A stretch of 64,000 nucleotides of DNA. It comes from Anaerolineae bacterium. GTDB taxonomy: Bacteria > Chloroflexota > Anaerolineae > UBA1429. Numbering within the stretch: position 1 is the stretch's first letter; the number at the start of each line of letters is the position of its first letter. The notes under the pieces are model-generated. The model ran no database searches. It had not been told where the DNA came from and saw only the letters and a program-made list of their open reading frames with translations. Shown here piece by piece: positions 18,643 to 29,618 of the stretch. Made by a program: the position numbers and the translations under genes. Location: assembly GCA_963675785.1 (NCBI GenBank), contig OY776562.1, forward strand, positions 2,272,001-2,336,000. The letters are read 5' to 3'.

Positions 18643-20091
18643 CTAGCCCTTGATCACACCCATCGGTAGAGTCCGCGCAACAAGGCGGGCCAAACCTGCC
18701 TGTTCGGCCACCCCCACCACACGATCGAGATCTTTGTAAGCCTGAGGTGCCTCCTCTGCCAGACCCTTGCTGCTTCCCGCCCTAAGACTGATGCCGCGCT
18801 CATCCAACTGCCGTCGCAACGCATCAGCATGCACCGTTTTACGAGCCGCAGTGCGGCTCATGACTCGGCCAGCACCGTGACAGCAACTGCCAAAAGTCTC
18901 TTCCATGGCCTGCTGTGTTCCCACCATCACAAACGATCCGCTGCTCATATTTCCCGGCACGAGCACAGGCTGTCCGATGTGTTGATAATCCGCCGGGACA
19001 TCCTCACATCCCGGGCCAAAAGCCCGCGTGGCTCCCTTGCGATGTACGCACAACGAACGGGGCAAATCATCGACGAGGTGAGTCTCCTTTTTGGCGATAT
19101 TGTGGCACACGTCGTAAACAAGGCCAACGTTCAAACTCAATTCAGCGGCAAACACGCGCTCAAGCACGCCGCGAATTGCATGTGTGATGATCTGGCGGTT
19201 GGCCCAGGCATAGTTAGCCGCACAGTTCATCGCCTGCCAATACTCTCGAGCCTCGGGGCTGTTGAAGGGGGCACAGGCCAACTCTCTATCAGGCAGGCGA
19301 ATGCCATAGCGCGATACGGCAACCTGCATAGTACGTACAGCATCGGTGCACACCTGGTGGCCTAACCCACGAGAGCCACAATGTACCCAAATACAGACCG
19401 TATCAGGCTCCAGACGCATAGCCCGGGCGGCTTCCTCATCATAGATATGGTCAACACGGTCAACCTCGATGAAATGATTGCCCGCTCCCAGGGTGCCAAG
19501 TTGATCCAAGCCTCGCTCCCGCGCCCGTGGGCTCACGGCATCTGGATCAGCATCCTGTAAATGCCCCTTATCCTCTGTATGGGCCTGCTCCTCTGGGGAG
19601 GAATAACCCTTTTTTACGCACCAGCTAATACCCGAGGCCAGAACTGCGTCCAACTCTTTGGAGTTAAGAGCGAGGCCGCCACCCGATCCCGCACCCACGG
19701 CAACTGCAGAGAACAAGCCGTCCATAAGTTGTTCCTGCTTTTTGCGAACGACTCTTGCAGGCAGTCCGGTAGAGATCACACGCACACCGCAATTGATATC
19801 ATAGCCCACGCCACCCGGCGATAGCACCCCGTCGGGCAAAGCCGTCGCCACAACACCACCGATAGGAAACCCATAACCCTGATGGATATCTGGCATTGCC
19901 AAAGCGTAACGGACGATGCCGGGGAGGCAGGCCGTATTGGCAAGCTGCTCCAAAGAACGATCCTGAGCAGCCTGCGCAAACAAGACGGAATCGGCATACA
20001 ACCGGGCCGGTACAAGCATATCCGGCGAATAGGTGCGAGGTAATTCATAAAGAAATGGCGATCTGGGCAAAAGTTGGTTTAGAACTGCCAT
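18643..20091 (-). CDS. rtcB: RNA-splicing/repair ligase RtcB (archaeal-like long form)
   Basis: MPDIHQGYGFPIGG, GYDINCG, GNHFIE, HCGSRG, HNIAK, HRKGATRA, HGAGR. Confidence 0.96.
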   Translation of the reverse strand: MAVLNQLLPRSPFLYELPRTYSPDMLVPARLYADSVLFAQAAQDRSLEQLANTACLPGIVRYALAMPDIHQGYGFPIGGVVATALPDGVLSPGGVGYDINCGVRVISTGLPARVVRKKQEQLMDGLFSAVAVGAGSGGGLALNSKELDAVLASGISWCVKKGYSSPEEQAHTEDKGHLQDADPDAVSPRARERGLDQLGTLGAGNHFIEVDRVDHIYDEEAARAMRLEPDTVCIWVHCGSRGLGHQVCTDAVRTMQVAVSRYGIRLPDRELACAPFNSPEAREYWQAMNCAANYAWANRQIITHAIRGVLERVFAAELSLNVGLVYDVCHNIAKKETHLVDDLPRSLCVHRKGATRAFGPGCEDVPADYQHIGQPVLVPGNMSSGSFVMVGTQQAMEETFGSCCHGAGRVMSRTAARKTVHADALRRQLDERGISLRAGSSKGLAEEAPQAYKDLDRVVGVAEQAGLARLVARTLPMGVIKG

Positions 20092-20126
20092 TGGATTCCC
20101 TCCTTATGACTGTTCCAGACTCTTGC

Positions 20127-20531
20127 TTATACATCAAAGGTCAATACCACATGCAACCCCGAATCGGTGTGCAGAATGGTGAGGTCGGAATAGGTAACAG
20201 CTTTGATATCGCGGGCTGGTGGCTGCGAGGGACAGATGAGGATAGAACTCTTGAGCGCGTTCTCGGAAAGCTCATCAATGCGGGCATCGATAACGCGAAA
20301 CTGATCTCGCTCTCCAATGTAAAGTATCTCGTTGAGCCACTCTACCAGGAGCATTTCATAACTGCTACCTGCTATCTCGACACTGCGCCATTCACACTCG
20401 CTGAGATGACCCTCCTCGTCATATTGCAACCAGAGCATCCCCCGGCAGGCTTCACAAAAAAGTTCGGGCAGAGAATGTGCTTCTACCAGGAGGGCGAGAT
20501 CAGCAGTGTGCTCAACCTCGCGGTATGGCAT
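20127..20531 (-). CDS. Archease (RtcB activator)
   Basis: EHTADL N-terminus, LLVEWLNEIL, IKAVTY, C-terminal FDV; immediately upstream of rtcB. Confidence 0.92.
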   Translation of the reverse strand: MPYREVEHTADLALLVEAHSLPELFCEACRGMLWLQYDEEGHLSECEWRSVEIAGSSYEMLLVEWLNEILYIGERDQFRVIDARIDELSENALKSSILICPSQPPARDIKAVTYSDLTILHTDSGLHVVLTFDV

Positions 20532-21474
20532 CTGCGACCTCTAAAAGTGCGTCGGGGCGCGCAAGAATGATGCGAGCGTGTTCAATATCTTGCTGTATCT
20601 GAACCTTGAGCGCTTCTAGCGAATCGAATTTGACTTCGCCGCGCAGCCGCTCGATAAACTGAACCGATAGGGTGCGCTCATAAAGATCGCCCTCGAAATC
20701 CAGTAAATGCACTTCTAGCAGGCGGTCTTCTTCGCCAAAGCTAGGATTATTGCCAATATTAGCGACGCCCTGATACCGGCGGCCGCGGTACAGCACCATC
20801 ACTGCATACACACCATCAGCAGGCGTTGCCCGAAGGGGGTCCAAGCGTAGATTGGCCGTGCGAAAACCGATTCGCCGACCACGCTGATGACCCGAAACCA
20901 CATTGAGCGTCAGTGTATAGCGACGTCCCAACAAGCGTGAAGCCTCAGCAACATTCCCTGACATGAGCACTCGCCGAATGCGGGTACTGCTGATCGGCTC
21001 GTCGTCATCCACAAGGGGTTCTACAACACGCAAATCAAAGCCCATAGGGGTTGCTGCTCGTTCGATAAAGGCGATATCACCACGCCGCTGGCTCCCCAGA
21101 GCGAAATCCGGCCCCACCCACAATTCGCGCATACGCAGCTCATCCACCAGCATCTTGAGAATGACGCCCGGCTCGATATGCGCAAATTCTATGGTAAAAG
21201 GTTGAACAACAAGAAGATCGAGCCCCAAAGAAGCTAGCAAATGCTCACGCTCTTGCGGAAGACACAAATAGTGTGGTGGTTGCGAATCGTTGAGAAGAAC
21301 ACGAGGGTGGGGCGTAAAAGTGAGTGCCGCCGCAATGCTGTCAGTAGCTCTTGCACGTGTAACAAGATCTCGCACGAGCTGCTGGTGGCCTCTATGTACG
21401 CCGTCAAAGGAGCCAATTGTCAGTACGACATCTCGTTCCGGAACACGAGCGCCAATATCGTCCAGTACTTTCAT
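20512..21474 (-). CDS. ribF: Bifunctional riboflavin kinase/FAD synthetase
   Basis: GSFDGVHRGH, ISSTRIR, GRRIGFRTANL, EVHLLDF. Confidence 0.96.
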   Translation of the reverse strand: MKVLDDIGARVPERDVVLTIGSFDGVHRGHQQLVRDLVTRARATDSIAAALTFTPHPRVLLNDSQPPHYLCLPQEREHLLASLGLDLLVVQPFTIEFAHIEPGVILKMLVDELRMRELWVGPDFALGSQRRGDIAFIERAATPMGFDLRVVEPLVDDDEPISSTRIRRVLMSGNVAEASRLLGRRYTLTLNVVSGHQRGRRIGFRTANLRLDPLRATPADGVYAVMVLYRGRRYQGVANIGNNPSFGEEDRLLEVHLLDFEGDLYERTLSVQFIERLRGEVKFDSLEALKVQIQQDIEHARIILARPDALLEVADAIPRG

Positions 21475-21486
21475 CGTCTCTTTTTA

Positions 21487-22398
21487 TCAGAGAGGCTGGA
21501 GCACCTTGACAGGGCGCCACCAGCCGTCTTCCAGTGCGGGTTCAAGAACAGCAACCAACGCACCGTCCTCATCTACAGCTTGCAGCATGGCCGATGTATG
21601 CTTCTCTAGTTCAATTGCCTGGCCGTGCTGTAACAGCAATTTTGCCTGGGGCGAGACTGGAATCGCCTCGAGGTGATCAAGGGCAACAACCATCGAATAG
21701 AGATGCTCGGTCCAGGCTTGGCTTGCCTGTTGCAATTGGTCAAGGGGAATCGCCTGTTCCAAAGTAAATGCCCCTACCCTGGTGCGAACAAGCTTGGCCA
21801 AATGACTGGCCGTGCCCAAAGCACGCCCCAAATCATGAGCCAAAGAACGAATATAGGTCCCCTTTGAGCATACCACATCAAGCACCAAAATGGGCGAATC
21901 CCAGGATACGATATCAAGCTCATGAATCTGCACCCGGCGCAACGTTCTCTCCACTTCTACACCCTGGCGAGCCAGTTTGTAAAGCGGCTGCCCGCCCAGC
22001 TTGATAGCAGAGAACATGGGTGGAACCTGGTCAATCTCACCCTCAAACGCCCGGCAAGCAGTCTCGATATCCGCCATGGTAAGCGCAGGTACGGGCAGGG
22101 TTTCCGTAACCTCACCATCAGCATCCCAGGTGTTGGTCTCTTGGCCAAATCGCACCCAGGCGCGATAAGCTTTGGTTCCCTCGACAAGGTACTCCGATAT
22201 ACGCGTCGCCCGACCCAGACAAACCAACAGAACACCCGTCGCCATGGGATCCAACGTACCAGCATGTCCCACACGCCGCTGATGGCTCAATTTGCGCACT
22301 GCACTCACCACATCGTGCGAGGTGATTCCAGAGGGCTTGTCGATACAGAGCACCCCCGTAGTCAGGGTGTTGGCTTGTTCGTTAAGAGACGGGGCCAT
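21487..22398 (-). CDS. truB: tRNA pseudouridine(55) synthase TruB
   Basis: DKPSGITSHDVV, GHAGTLDPMATGVL, PPMFSAIK, CSKGTYIRSL; start reassigned to ATG 22398. Confidence 0.96.
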   Translation of the reverse strand: MAPSLNEQANTLTTGVLCIDKPSGITSHDVVSAVRKLSHQRRVGHAGTLDPMATGVLLVCLGRATRISEYLVEGTKAYRAWVRFGQETNTWDADGEVTETLPVPALTMADIETACRAFEGEIDQVPPMFSAIKLGGQPLYKLARQGVEVERTLRRVQIHELDIVSWDSPILVLDVVCSKGTYIRSLAHDLGRALGTASHLAKLVRTRVGAFTLEQAIPLDQLQQASQAWTEHLYSMVVALDHLEAIPVSPQAKLLLQHGQAIELEKHTSAMLQAVDEDGALVAVLEPALEDGWWRPVKVLQPL

Positions 22399-23359
22399 CC
22401 ACACTCTTTCGCACGACTTGCACCAGAGCGGCAACAACACGACTTCGCACATCCGCAAGCGTGCCAGGAACCATACAACCGGCGGCCTGAGGATGTCCCC
22501 CACCGCCAAAAGCCACAGCCACGCCCGAGACGTTCAGCCCCGGAGAGGCTCGCAAGCTCACATCCACCTGACCATCGGCCGTCTCTTCAAAAACTGCCGA
22601 AGCGCGAAGGCCTTCCATCGAGAGCATAAAGCTCACCAGGCCATCGACGGGGTCTGCCTGCTCGGTCTTTTGGCCCAGCCAGGCCAGGGGAATCTCGGTC
22701 CAGATCACCGAATCGGTGACCTGTGCTACCGAAAGCGCCTTACCCCACAGCCCTACTGTAGCAAGTGGCCGCTGGTTAAAAGCCTGCTCGCTTACCCAGG
22801 CCATATCAGCGCCTGCGTCTACCAGGCGCACGGCAGCAGAGAGCGTCTCTGCTGTAACATTTGAAGTGCGGAAACCCTGCGTATCTGTGACCACGCCTGT
22901 CAGCAGGCAATCGGCTATACGCTTATCCAGGCTGACACCGAGCTCGTCCAGAACAGGGATGATCATCTCGCATGTCGAGGCCGCATCGCTTAGCACATTC
23001 ACACTGCCGAAACCCTTGTTGGTAATGTGATGGTCAATCACGATCATGGGCGTAAAAGCAAAACGATGGGCATCATAAATGCTGCCCATCCTCCGCTCAT
23101 CACTGCAATCAATAGCCATGACCAGGTCTTCATCGGTCAGGGTGCGCGGCGCAAAGGCCGTCGAACCATCGAGAAAGCGCAGCTTGTCAGGCACTGCATC
23201 CTGACATGTAAGACGCACATCCTTGCCCAACTTCCGCAAACCCCAGGCCAATCCCAAACAAGCTCCCAGCGTATCGCCATCAGGCGATACGTGAGCGACT
23301 ACAAGGATGCGGCCAGCCTGAGAGACCAGCTCACGAACTTTATTCAGCGGGCTGGTCAT
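22382..23359 (-). CDS. nrnA: DHH/DHHA1 phosphoesterase (NrnA-like oligoribonuclease/pAp phosphatase)
   Basis: HVSPDGDT, IDHH, TDTQGF, GGGGHPQAAG; located between rbfA and truB. Confidence 0.88.
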   Translation of the reverse strand: MTSPLNKVRELVSQAGRILVVAHVSPDGDTLGACLGLAWGLRKLGKDVRLTCQDAVPDKLRFLDGSTAFAPRTLTDEDLVMAIDCSDERRMGSIYDAHRFAFTPMIVIDHHITNKGFGSVNVLSDAASTCEMIIPVLDELGVSLDKRIADCLLTGVVTDTQGFRTSNVTAETLSAAVRLVDAGADMAWVSEQAFNQRPLATVGLWGKALSVAQVTDSVIWTEIPLAWLGQKTEQADPVDGLVSFMLSMEGLRASAVFEETADGQVDVSLRASPGLNVSGVAVAFGGGGHPQAAGCMVPGTLADVRSRVVAALVQVVRKSVDGPVS

Positions 23360-23732
23360 TCTCTTCTTCCGTCTTTTCACGGGCAGCATCTTGTTCATGC
23401 ACAGTTGCCAACAATGAATCAATCTTGGAGCCATACTCCCAAGATCGATCGGGGCGGAACTCGATATGGGGCGTAAACCGCCAGGAAAGTGTCTTGCTCA
23501 ATTCGCGGCGTAGAAACCCCTTGGCCCGTTCAAGTCCTTTGAGTCCGGCCTGCAGCTCATCTTCACCCTCATAAGAAGACACGTAAACACGCGCCACTCT
23601 TAGGTCAGGTGTCATATCCACAGTCGTAATGGTCAATGCTTTCACGTCAGGATCTTTGACAGATTGGCGCAAAAATAACGTCAGCTGTTCTTGTATGAAT
23701 GACGCTGAACGCTCTTTACGAAATCCAGCCAT
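23340..23732 (-). CDS. rbfA: Ribosome-binding factor A
   Basis: TVDMTPDLRVARVYVS, RFTPHIEFRPD; follows infB. Confidence 0.94.
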   Translation of the reverse strand: MAGFRKERSASFIQEQLTLFLRQSVKDPDVKALTITTVDMTPDLRVARVYVSSYEGEDELQAGLKGLERAKGFLRRELSKTLSWRFTPHIEFRPDRSWEYGSKIDSLLATVHEQDAAREKTEEENDQPAE

Positions 23733-23749
23733 CTCTATGCCTCAGTATC

Positions 23750-25726
23750 TTATTTGGATTGCTCCATCGTATAGAACTGGAGCACATCGTCCATCTGCAA
23801 ATCTTGAAGGCCCTCGACGCCGACACCGCATTCTAGACCAGTCGTGACCTCACGAACGTCTTTGGTGAAACGTTTGAGCGACGAGCAATCGCCTTCGTGA
23901 ATCGGATCACCATCGCGCAAAACTCTGACCTTGGCGTTTCGTAGCGCCTTGCCCGAACGAATCTGCACACCAGCAATGATACCCACGCGGGGGATGGTAA
24001 AAACCTCACGTACAAGGGCTTCGCCCTGTATCACTTCTTCGTATTCAGGTGGCAGCATACCGGTCAAAGCGAGCTGCACATCCTCGATCAAACGATAGAT
24101 GATGTTATAGATCTTGATGCTCACCACTTCAGACTCGGCAAGGCGCTGAGCCGCAGGATCAACTGAGACATCAAAACCCACAATGATCGCACGAGAGGCA
24201 GCAGCAAGGTTCACATCAGATTCAGTCACATTGCCAACGCCAGTATGCACAAACTTGACCTTGAGATCACCCACATCAAGCTTTTCCAGCGAATCTCGAA
24301 TGGGCTCAATGCTGCCATCGACATCTGCTTTGAGAATAATGTTGAGTGATTGTACTTCACCAGCTTGAGCCTGGGCGAATACCTGGTCCAGCGTCAGTAC
24401 TGGGTGGAACTTGACCTGATCACGCACCACATTAGCGAGGCGTTCCTGAATCTCTTCTCGCGCTTTGCGTTCGCTTGCAACCCGGGTCACTAAATCACCG
24501 GCAGCAGGCACTTCCTTCAACCCGGTAACACGCACCGGCGTGGCAGGTCCTGCTTCCTGTATACGGTTCCCCAAATAGTCATACATGGCACGTACGCGGC
24601 CATAGGTATCGCCTACAATAAGGGCGTCGCCCATCTTGAGCGTACCATCTTGCACAAGCAATGTTGCCGTGGGCCCCAAGGAACGATCCAGGCGTCCATC
24701 GATTACCGAACCGCGCAGTTCGCCTACGGGGTTACCCACCAGTTTTTCGATATCTGCCACAAGAAGCGTCATACCGAGCAGCTCCGAGATACCCTGCTTG
24801 GTCTTGGCTGATACGGGCACGCAAATGACATCGCCGCCCCAATCCTCAACAACGAGACCCTCTTGGGCGAGCTGCTGCTTGGCAACTTCTGGATTGGCCG
24901 TAGCCAAATCCATCTTGTTCATAGCGACAATGATAGGCACACCAGCCGCGCGAGCATGAGAGATTGCCTCTCGAGTCTGCGGTTGTACACCGTCGTCCGC
25001 AGCCACCACCAGAATAGCAATATCCGTTACACTGGCGCCACGGGCACGCATAGCCGTAAAAGCCTCATGGCCTGGCGTATCCAAAAAGGTGACTAGCCTA
25101 TCGTTCACCTGCACCTGATAAGCGCCGATATGCTGGGTAATGCCGCCAACTTCGCCGCTTTGGACGCTGGTTTCACGAATTACGTCCAACAGTGAGGTCT
25201 TGCCGTGGTCCACATGGCCCAGAACCACAACCACAGGGGGGCGTTCCTCAAGAAATTCCTTTTCTTCCTCGGAATACTCGTGGCGTTTGCGCACTTGCTC
25301 TTGTGCGCTCTCTTCTTCCGAGATGACTTCGACCACCGGCTCTACAATAGTAAAGCCCATGTCTTCTGCGACAATTGCAGCCGTGTCATGGTCGAGAACC
25401 TGGTTTATGTTGGCCATAATCCCAGCCGTCATCAAAGCCTTGATGAGATCAATCGAAGTAACACCCATCAACTCGGCCAAATCACGGACGATAATCTGCG
25501 TGGGGAGTTCTATCTCACCAGGCTTGACGCGCTTGGTCTCTTGCGGCTCCGAACGCCACTGCGGGGTCGGATTACTATCGAAATTCCTGCTACTTGATTG
25601 CTGTCTATTCCCAGTTGGTTTCTTTGGGCGCCTGCCAGCGGCACTCATCGTCCCATATCGGGAAGGACCATCCAGCGACATCCCGCCACTGCTCGCACGA
25701 GTTTGGCGCCCTGTCTTATAGTCCAT
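23750..25726 (-). CDS. infB: Translation initiation factor IF-2
   Basis: [35 protein letters not shown]...ECG. Confidence 0.98.
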   Translation of the reverse strand: MDYKTGRQTRASSGGMSLDGPSRYGTMSAAGRRPKKPTGNRQQSSSRNFDSNPTPQWRSEPQETKRVKPGEIELPTQIIVRDLAELMGVTSIDLIKALMTAGIMANINQVLDHDTAAIVAEDMGFTIVEPVVEVISEEESAQEQVRKRHEYSEEEKEFLEERPPVVVVLGHVDHGKTSLLDVIRETSVQSGEVGGITQHIGAYQVQVNDRLVTFLDTPGHEAFTAMRARGASVTDIAILVVAADDGVQPQTREAISHARAAGVPIIVAMNKMDLATANPEVAKQQLAQEGLVVEDWGGDVICVPVSAKTKQGISELLGMTLLVADIEKLVGNPVGELRGSVIDGRLDRSLGPTATLLVQDGTLKMGDALIVGDTYGRVRAMYDYLGNRIQEAGPATPVRVTGLKEVPAAGDLVTRVASERKAREEIQERLANVVRDQVKFHPVLTLDQVFAQAQAGEVQSLNIILKADVDGSIEPIRDSLEKLDVGDLKVKFVHTGVGNVTESDVNLAAASRAIIVGFDVSVDPAAQRLAESEVVSIKIYNIIYRLIEDVQLALTGMLPPEYEEVIQGEALVREVFTIPRVGIIAGVQIRSGKALRNAKVRVLRDGDPIHEGDCSSLKRFTKDVREVTTGLECGVGVEGLQDLQMDDVLQFYTMEQSK

Positions 25727-25951
25727 CCTTGCCTCCCAATCTCAAATACCACACCGTTCGAGAGATAGCTCATATGATTGTACAGGTAAAAAGGGAATAC
25801 CAGGCAGGGGATAAAACCAGAGATGGGGAACAGGGAGAGATACTTTGAGAGGGTTGTTCTGACTGCACTTATGCAACCATCATCAGTCCCCTTATTCCAA
25901 TTTGGATGTTCCTGCTTGTTATCATCATTCCCATGGCTATATGAGCCGCTA

Positions 25952-26263
25952 TTACTCTTTGACCGGTTTTCCAGACGATATAATTGCTTCAAGATCCGTC
26001 GCGTACTGCTCCAGAGCAACACGCGACGGGTCATCGAGCTCTGTTTTGAGTGCCGCTGCCAAGCTCCCCCTATTAGAGAGCGCCTTGCGCCAACACTCGG
26101 GCTTGTTGCAGATATAGGCTCCTCGCCCCTGCGCCTTGCCGGTATGATCTACCTGCACAGACCCATCGGGGGATCGCACAACCCTCACCAGGTCCCTCTT
26201 ATCACGAACCTGTCGGCAGGCGATGCAGGTTCGCTGTGGCTTTTTGCGCTGCTTTATGGCCAC
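25952..26263 (-). CDS. ylxR: YlxR/RnpM family RNA-binding protein
   Basis: PQRTCIACR, GRGAYIC; GTG start at 26263; between nusA and infB. Confidence 0.9.
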   Translation of the reverse strand: MAIKQRKKPQRTCIACRQVRDKRDLVRVVRSPDGSVQVDHTGKAQGRGAYICNKPECWRKALSNRGSLAAALKTELDDPSRVALEQYATDLEAIISSGKPVKE

Positions 26264-26274
26264 GTGTTCCTCGT

Positions 26275-27753
26275 TTATTCGTCCTCTTCGCCCAGTTGCT
26301 CGTCCCAGCGCCAACGACTGTTGGGGTTCTCAGGCTGACGCTTTTTACGCGCCGGCCGGGGGGCAACACGCACACCATCTCCCTCGGTTTCGCGAGGGTG
26401 ACGAGCACGAGTCTTTTTGCTACTGGAAGACTCTGCAGCCTCATCAGGCGGCACGCTCACCACTGCGTCATCCACAACAATGGGCTCATCCAATATATCC
26501 TCTAGTGAGGCCTCATCAAACTCGGAATCCTCACTATCGAGAACAGCTTCATCAACAAGACCTTCATCCTCGGATGCGACACTGGGGTTGGCCGAACCAC
26601 CAAGAAGCGACTCCGCTTGGGCAAGTAATTCGGCGGCAGCCCTTACTTCGGCATCCCGTGCATCCGTACGAAGTTTTGCTTCCCGCGCTACTTCTTCCAG
26701 CTCGGCAGCTTCTTCAGCATCCATCTCTTCACTACGGATGTCGATACGCCAACCAGTAAGCTTGAAAGCAAGGCGGGCGTTCTGCCCTTCCTTGCCAATA
26801 GCCAGCGAAAGAGCATTCTCCGGCACTACAACCTTGGCCGTCTTTTCGTCAGCGGCAAGGTAAACAGCCGTAACCTGTGCGGGGCTCAATGCGTTGGCAA
26901 TGAACACCGATTGATCATCAGACCAGGGTACTATGTCAATCTTTTCACCATTCAGCTCGCTAACGATGCTCTGAATACGCACGCCGCGCATGCCCACACA
27001 AGAACCAACCGGATCTACGCCCTTTTGCGCCGAATAAACGGCTACTTTGGAGCGAGAACCCGCTTCACGAGCGATGGCCTTGATCTCAACCGTCCCATTA
27101 TAGATCTCGGGCACCTCGAGTTCGAGCAAACGACGCAACAACCCCGGGTGCGAACGCGAGACGATGATCTGCGGGCCGTGTGTCGAATGATCTGCTTCAG
27201 CGATATAGACACGCACACGCTGACCAAACTTGTAGAACTCGCGTTGCATTTGCTCTGACCGGGGCATAACAGCTTCAGCTTTACCCAAGCTCACCGTTAC
27301 CGTACCCGATTTGCCGTCCACGTTACGAACAACGCCATTGGCGATTTCCCCAACACGATCAACGTATTCACTGTAAACCGAGTCACGTTCGGCCTCACGA
27401 ATACGCTGCATAATGACTTGTTTTGCCGTTTGTGCGGCAATCCGCCCAAAGTTACGCGGACGCAGCTCAATTTGAACCGTATCCCCGATTCTTGACGATG
27501 TATCGCGCATCCTGGCGTCCTGAAGAGAAATCTGGACGCGCTCATCTTCTACTGCTTCGACCACATCCTTGACAACATAGACAGTGGCCTTGCCAGTATG
27601 TCGATCAACAGAGACAGAGATATTCTCGTCAGTGCCATAATTACGCCTATAGGCAGACACTAACGCAGCCTCAATTGCCTCGATGATCACCTCGGGCGAG
27701 ACGTTACGGTCCGAACAGAGCTGAGTAATGGCAATCTCAAACTCGCTCTTCAT
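26275..27753 (-). CDS. nusA: Transcription termination factor NusA with acidic C-terminal extension
   Basis: [44 protein letters not shown]. Confidence 0.97.
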   Translation of the reverse strand: MKSEFEIAITQLCSDRNVSPEVIIEAIEAALVSAYRRNYGTDENISVSVDRHTGKATVYVVKDVVEAVEDERVQISLQDARMRDTSSRIGDTVQIELRPRNFGRIAAQTAKQVIMQRIREAERDSVYSEYVDRVGEIANGVVRNVDGKSGTVTVSLGKAEAVMPRSEQMQREFYKFGQRVRVYIAEADHSTHGPQIIVSRSHPGLLRRLLELEVPEIYNGTVEIKAIAREAGSRSKVAVYSAQKGVDPVGSCVGMRGVRIQSIVSELNGEKIDIVPWSDDQSVFIANALSPAQVTAVYLAADEKTAKVVVPENALSLAIGKEGQNARLAFKLTGWRIDIRSEEMDAEEAAELEEVAREAKLRTDARDAEVRAAAELLAQAESLLGGSANPSVASEDEGLVDEAVLDSEDSEFDEASLEDILDEPIVVDDAVVSVPPDEAAESSSSKKTRARHPRETEGDGVRVAPRPARKKRQPENPNSRWRWDEQLGEEDE

Positions 27754-27777
27754 GTATCCCGACCTCTCCGACAATAA

Positions 27778-27803
27778 GAAAAGTGGGGGATGCCCACTTT
27801 TTC
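27778..27803 (-). promoter_or_regulatory. rimP-leader-like attenuator hairpin upstream of nusA
   Basis: AAAAGTGGG-CATCC-CCCACTTTT followed by CTTATT, between the promoter and the nusA RBS. Confidence 0.65.
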
Positions 27804-27824
27804 ATGAATCCACTAGTTGACAAT

Positions 27825-27853
27825 AGTATAATACCGTGACGGCCCAACTGCAA
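27825..27853 (-). promoter_or_regulatory. Sigma70-type promoter of the nusA operon
   Basis: TTGCAG-N17-TATACT on the minus strand. Confidence 0.55.
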
Positions 27854-27902
27854 ATACCCACTCCCTCGCCAGAGGAAGCGGGTATGTATCTCCTCAGGCA
27901 CT

Positions 27903-29618
27903 CTAGAACGGTGGGTTCTCTAGAATCGCATCGATTTGGGCCTCGAGTTGGTCGCTGGGCACCGTGGTGCGATCATCCGCCCACCTGGCCTTGACCTCAA
28001 AAGCACTCTCATCCATCATTCGCTTGCTAACCGTCACACGAACGGGGATACCAATCAGATCGGCATCATTGAACTTGACGCCTGCACGCTCGTCACGATC
28101 ATCAAAGAATACCTCATACCCCGCAGCAAGCAGTCGCGCATACAAGGCTTCGGCAGCACTGGCAACCTCTTGGTTGTTACCGGCCAGCGATACGAGATGC
28201 ACCTGGAAAGGAGCAATGCTCACCGGCCAGATGATGCCCTGATCATCGTGATGCTCTTCGATGACGCAAGCTAGTAACCGCCCCAGACCAATGCCATAAC
28301 AACCCATGATTAGCGGCTGAGCAACACCATCAGCATCCAAAAAGTTGGCGCCTACGGCCTCGCTATATTTAGTGCCCAGCTTGAACACATGACCCACTTC
28401 AATGCCGCGTGCTTCTGTCAGGGTACCCCCGCAATGGGCGCAATGGTCTCCCTCACGGGCCAAGGCAATATCGGCCACGATCTTGGCTTCGAAATCACGC
28501 CCGTAATTCACATTCAAATAGTGGTAACCCGGTTTGTTGGCTCCGCCTACAAAGTTGGTGCCAGACATGGCCGAGTCATCGGCCACAACCAAAAGATCCG
28601 AAATACCAACAGGGGAAGCATACCCAGCCACCAGGCCAGCCGCTGCCAACTCTTCTGCCGTAGAGGCATGCAGTTCCTCGCCGCCCAGTACGTTAGAGAG
28701 CTTTTGTTCGTTCACAGCCAGGTCGCCGCGAATAATGACAAACACCACCTCACCGCTAAGGCGAGAATAGAACACCGCTTTGAGCGTCTGACGCGTCTCT
28801 ATACCGAGAAAAGCTGCCACCTGTTCAATGGTCGTTTGGTTGGGTGTTGCCACCAGCTCCATATCGAGTAGCTCGCCATCCTGAGCAGTGCCTTTATCAA
28901 AAATGGCCGCTTCAGCATTGGCTGCATACCTGCAGGTGGGGCAAAAAACCAAGGTATCCTCGCCAGAATCGTTGATGCTGATAAACTCGTGCGAACCCGA
29001 GCCGCCCATCATGCCACTGTCAGCTTCTACAGCCACTGCATCCAGCCCGCAGCGCCTAAAAATGTTCTTGTAGGCATCGTAAACGCGCGGATAATAAGCA
29101 TCCAGGCTCTCCCAATCCGCGTGAAAACTGTAGCCGTCCTTCATAAGGAACTCTCGTACGCGTACCAAGCCGCCGCGAGAACGCGGTTCATCGCGGAACT
29201 TGGTCTGAATCTGATAGACCATGGCGGGCAGCTGCTTGTACGAGCTAATCTCCTGGCGGGCCAGATCGGTTACAACCTCTTCATGGGTCATGGCCAACAC
29301 CATCTCGTGGTTACCACGATCGGTAAAGCGCAGCAAAGCCGGGCCAGGCGCAGGCGCATCATAGCGCCCCGTGGCACGCCAAACTTCGGCGGGGTTAACG
29401 ACCGGCATCTGAATCTCCTGGCCGTCCACTGCGTCCATCTCTTCACGCAGAATCTGCTCTATTTTATTGATCACCCGCAGACCCATAGGCAAGTAACTAT
29501 AGATGCCCACAGCCAATCGCCGAATCAAACCGGCGCGCATTGAAAGCTGGTGACTCACCATCTCTGCGTCAGATGGAATCTCGCGCAACGTGCGTGCGAA
29601 TAAGGATGATGCTCGCAT
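27903..29618 (-). CDS. proS: Proline--tRNA ligase (bacterial type with editing domain)
   Basis: THEEV, QIQTKFRDEPR, REFLMKDGYSF, GIEVGHVFKLGTKYS, MGCYGIG. Confidence 0.97.
   Translation of the reverse strand: MRASSLFARTLREIPSDAEMVSHQLSMRAGLIRRLAVGIYSYLPMGLRVINKIEQILREEMDAVDGQEIQMPVVNPAEVWRATGRYDAPAPGPALLRFTDRGNHEMVLAMTHEEVVTDLARQEISSYKQLPAMVYQIQTKFRDEPRSRGGLVRVREFLMKDGYSFHADWESLDAYYPRVYDAYKNIFRRCGLDAVAVEADSGMMGGSGSHEFISINDSGEDTLVFCPTCRYAANAEAAIFDKGTAQDGELLDMELVATPNQTTIEQVAAFLGIETRQTLKAVFYSRLSGEVVFVIIRGDLAVNEQKLSNVLGGEELHASTAEELAAAGLVAGYASPVGISDLLVVADDSAMSGTNFVGGANKPGYHYLNVNYGRDFEAKIVADIALAREGDHCAHCGGTLTEARGIEVGHVFKLGTKYSEAVGANFLDADGVAQPLIMGCYGIGLGRLLACVIEEHHDDQGIIWPVSIAPFQVHLVSLAGNNQEVASAAEALYARLLAAGYEVFFDDRDERAGVKFNDADLIGIPVRVTVSKRMMDESAFEVKARWADDRTTVPSDQLEAQIDAILENPPF

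Noticed and set aside
18643-20091. Intein in RtcB
   Set aside because: At 482 aa with contiguous motifs there is no room for an insertion
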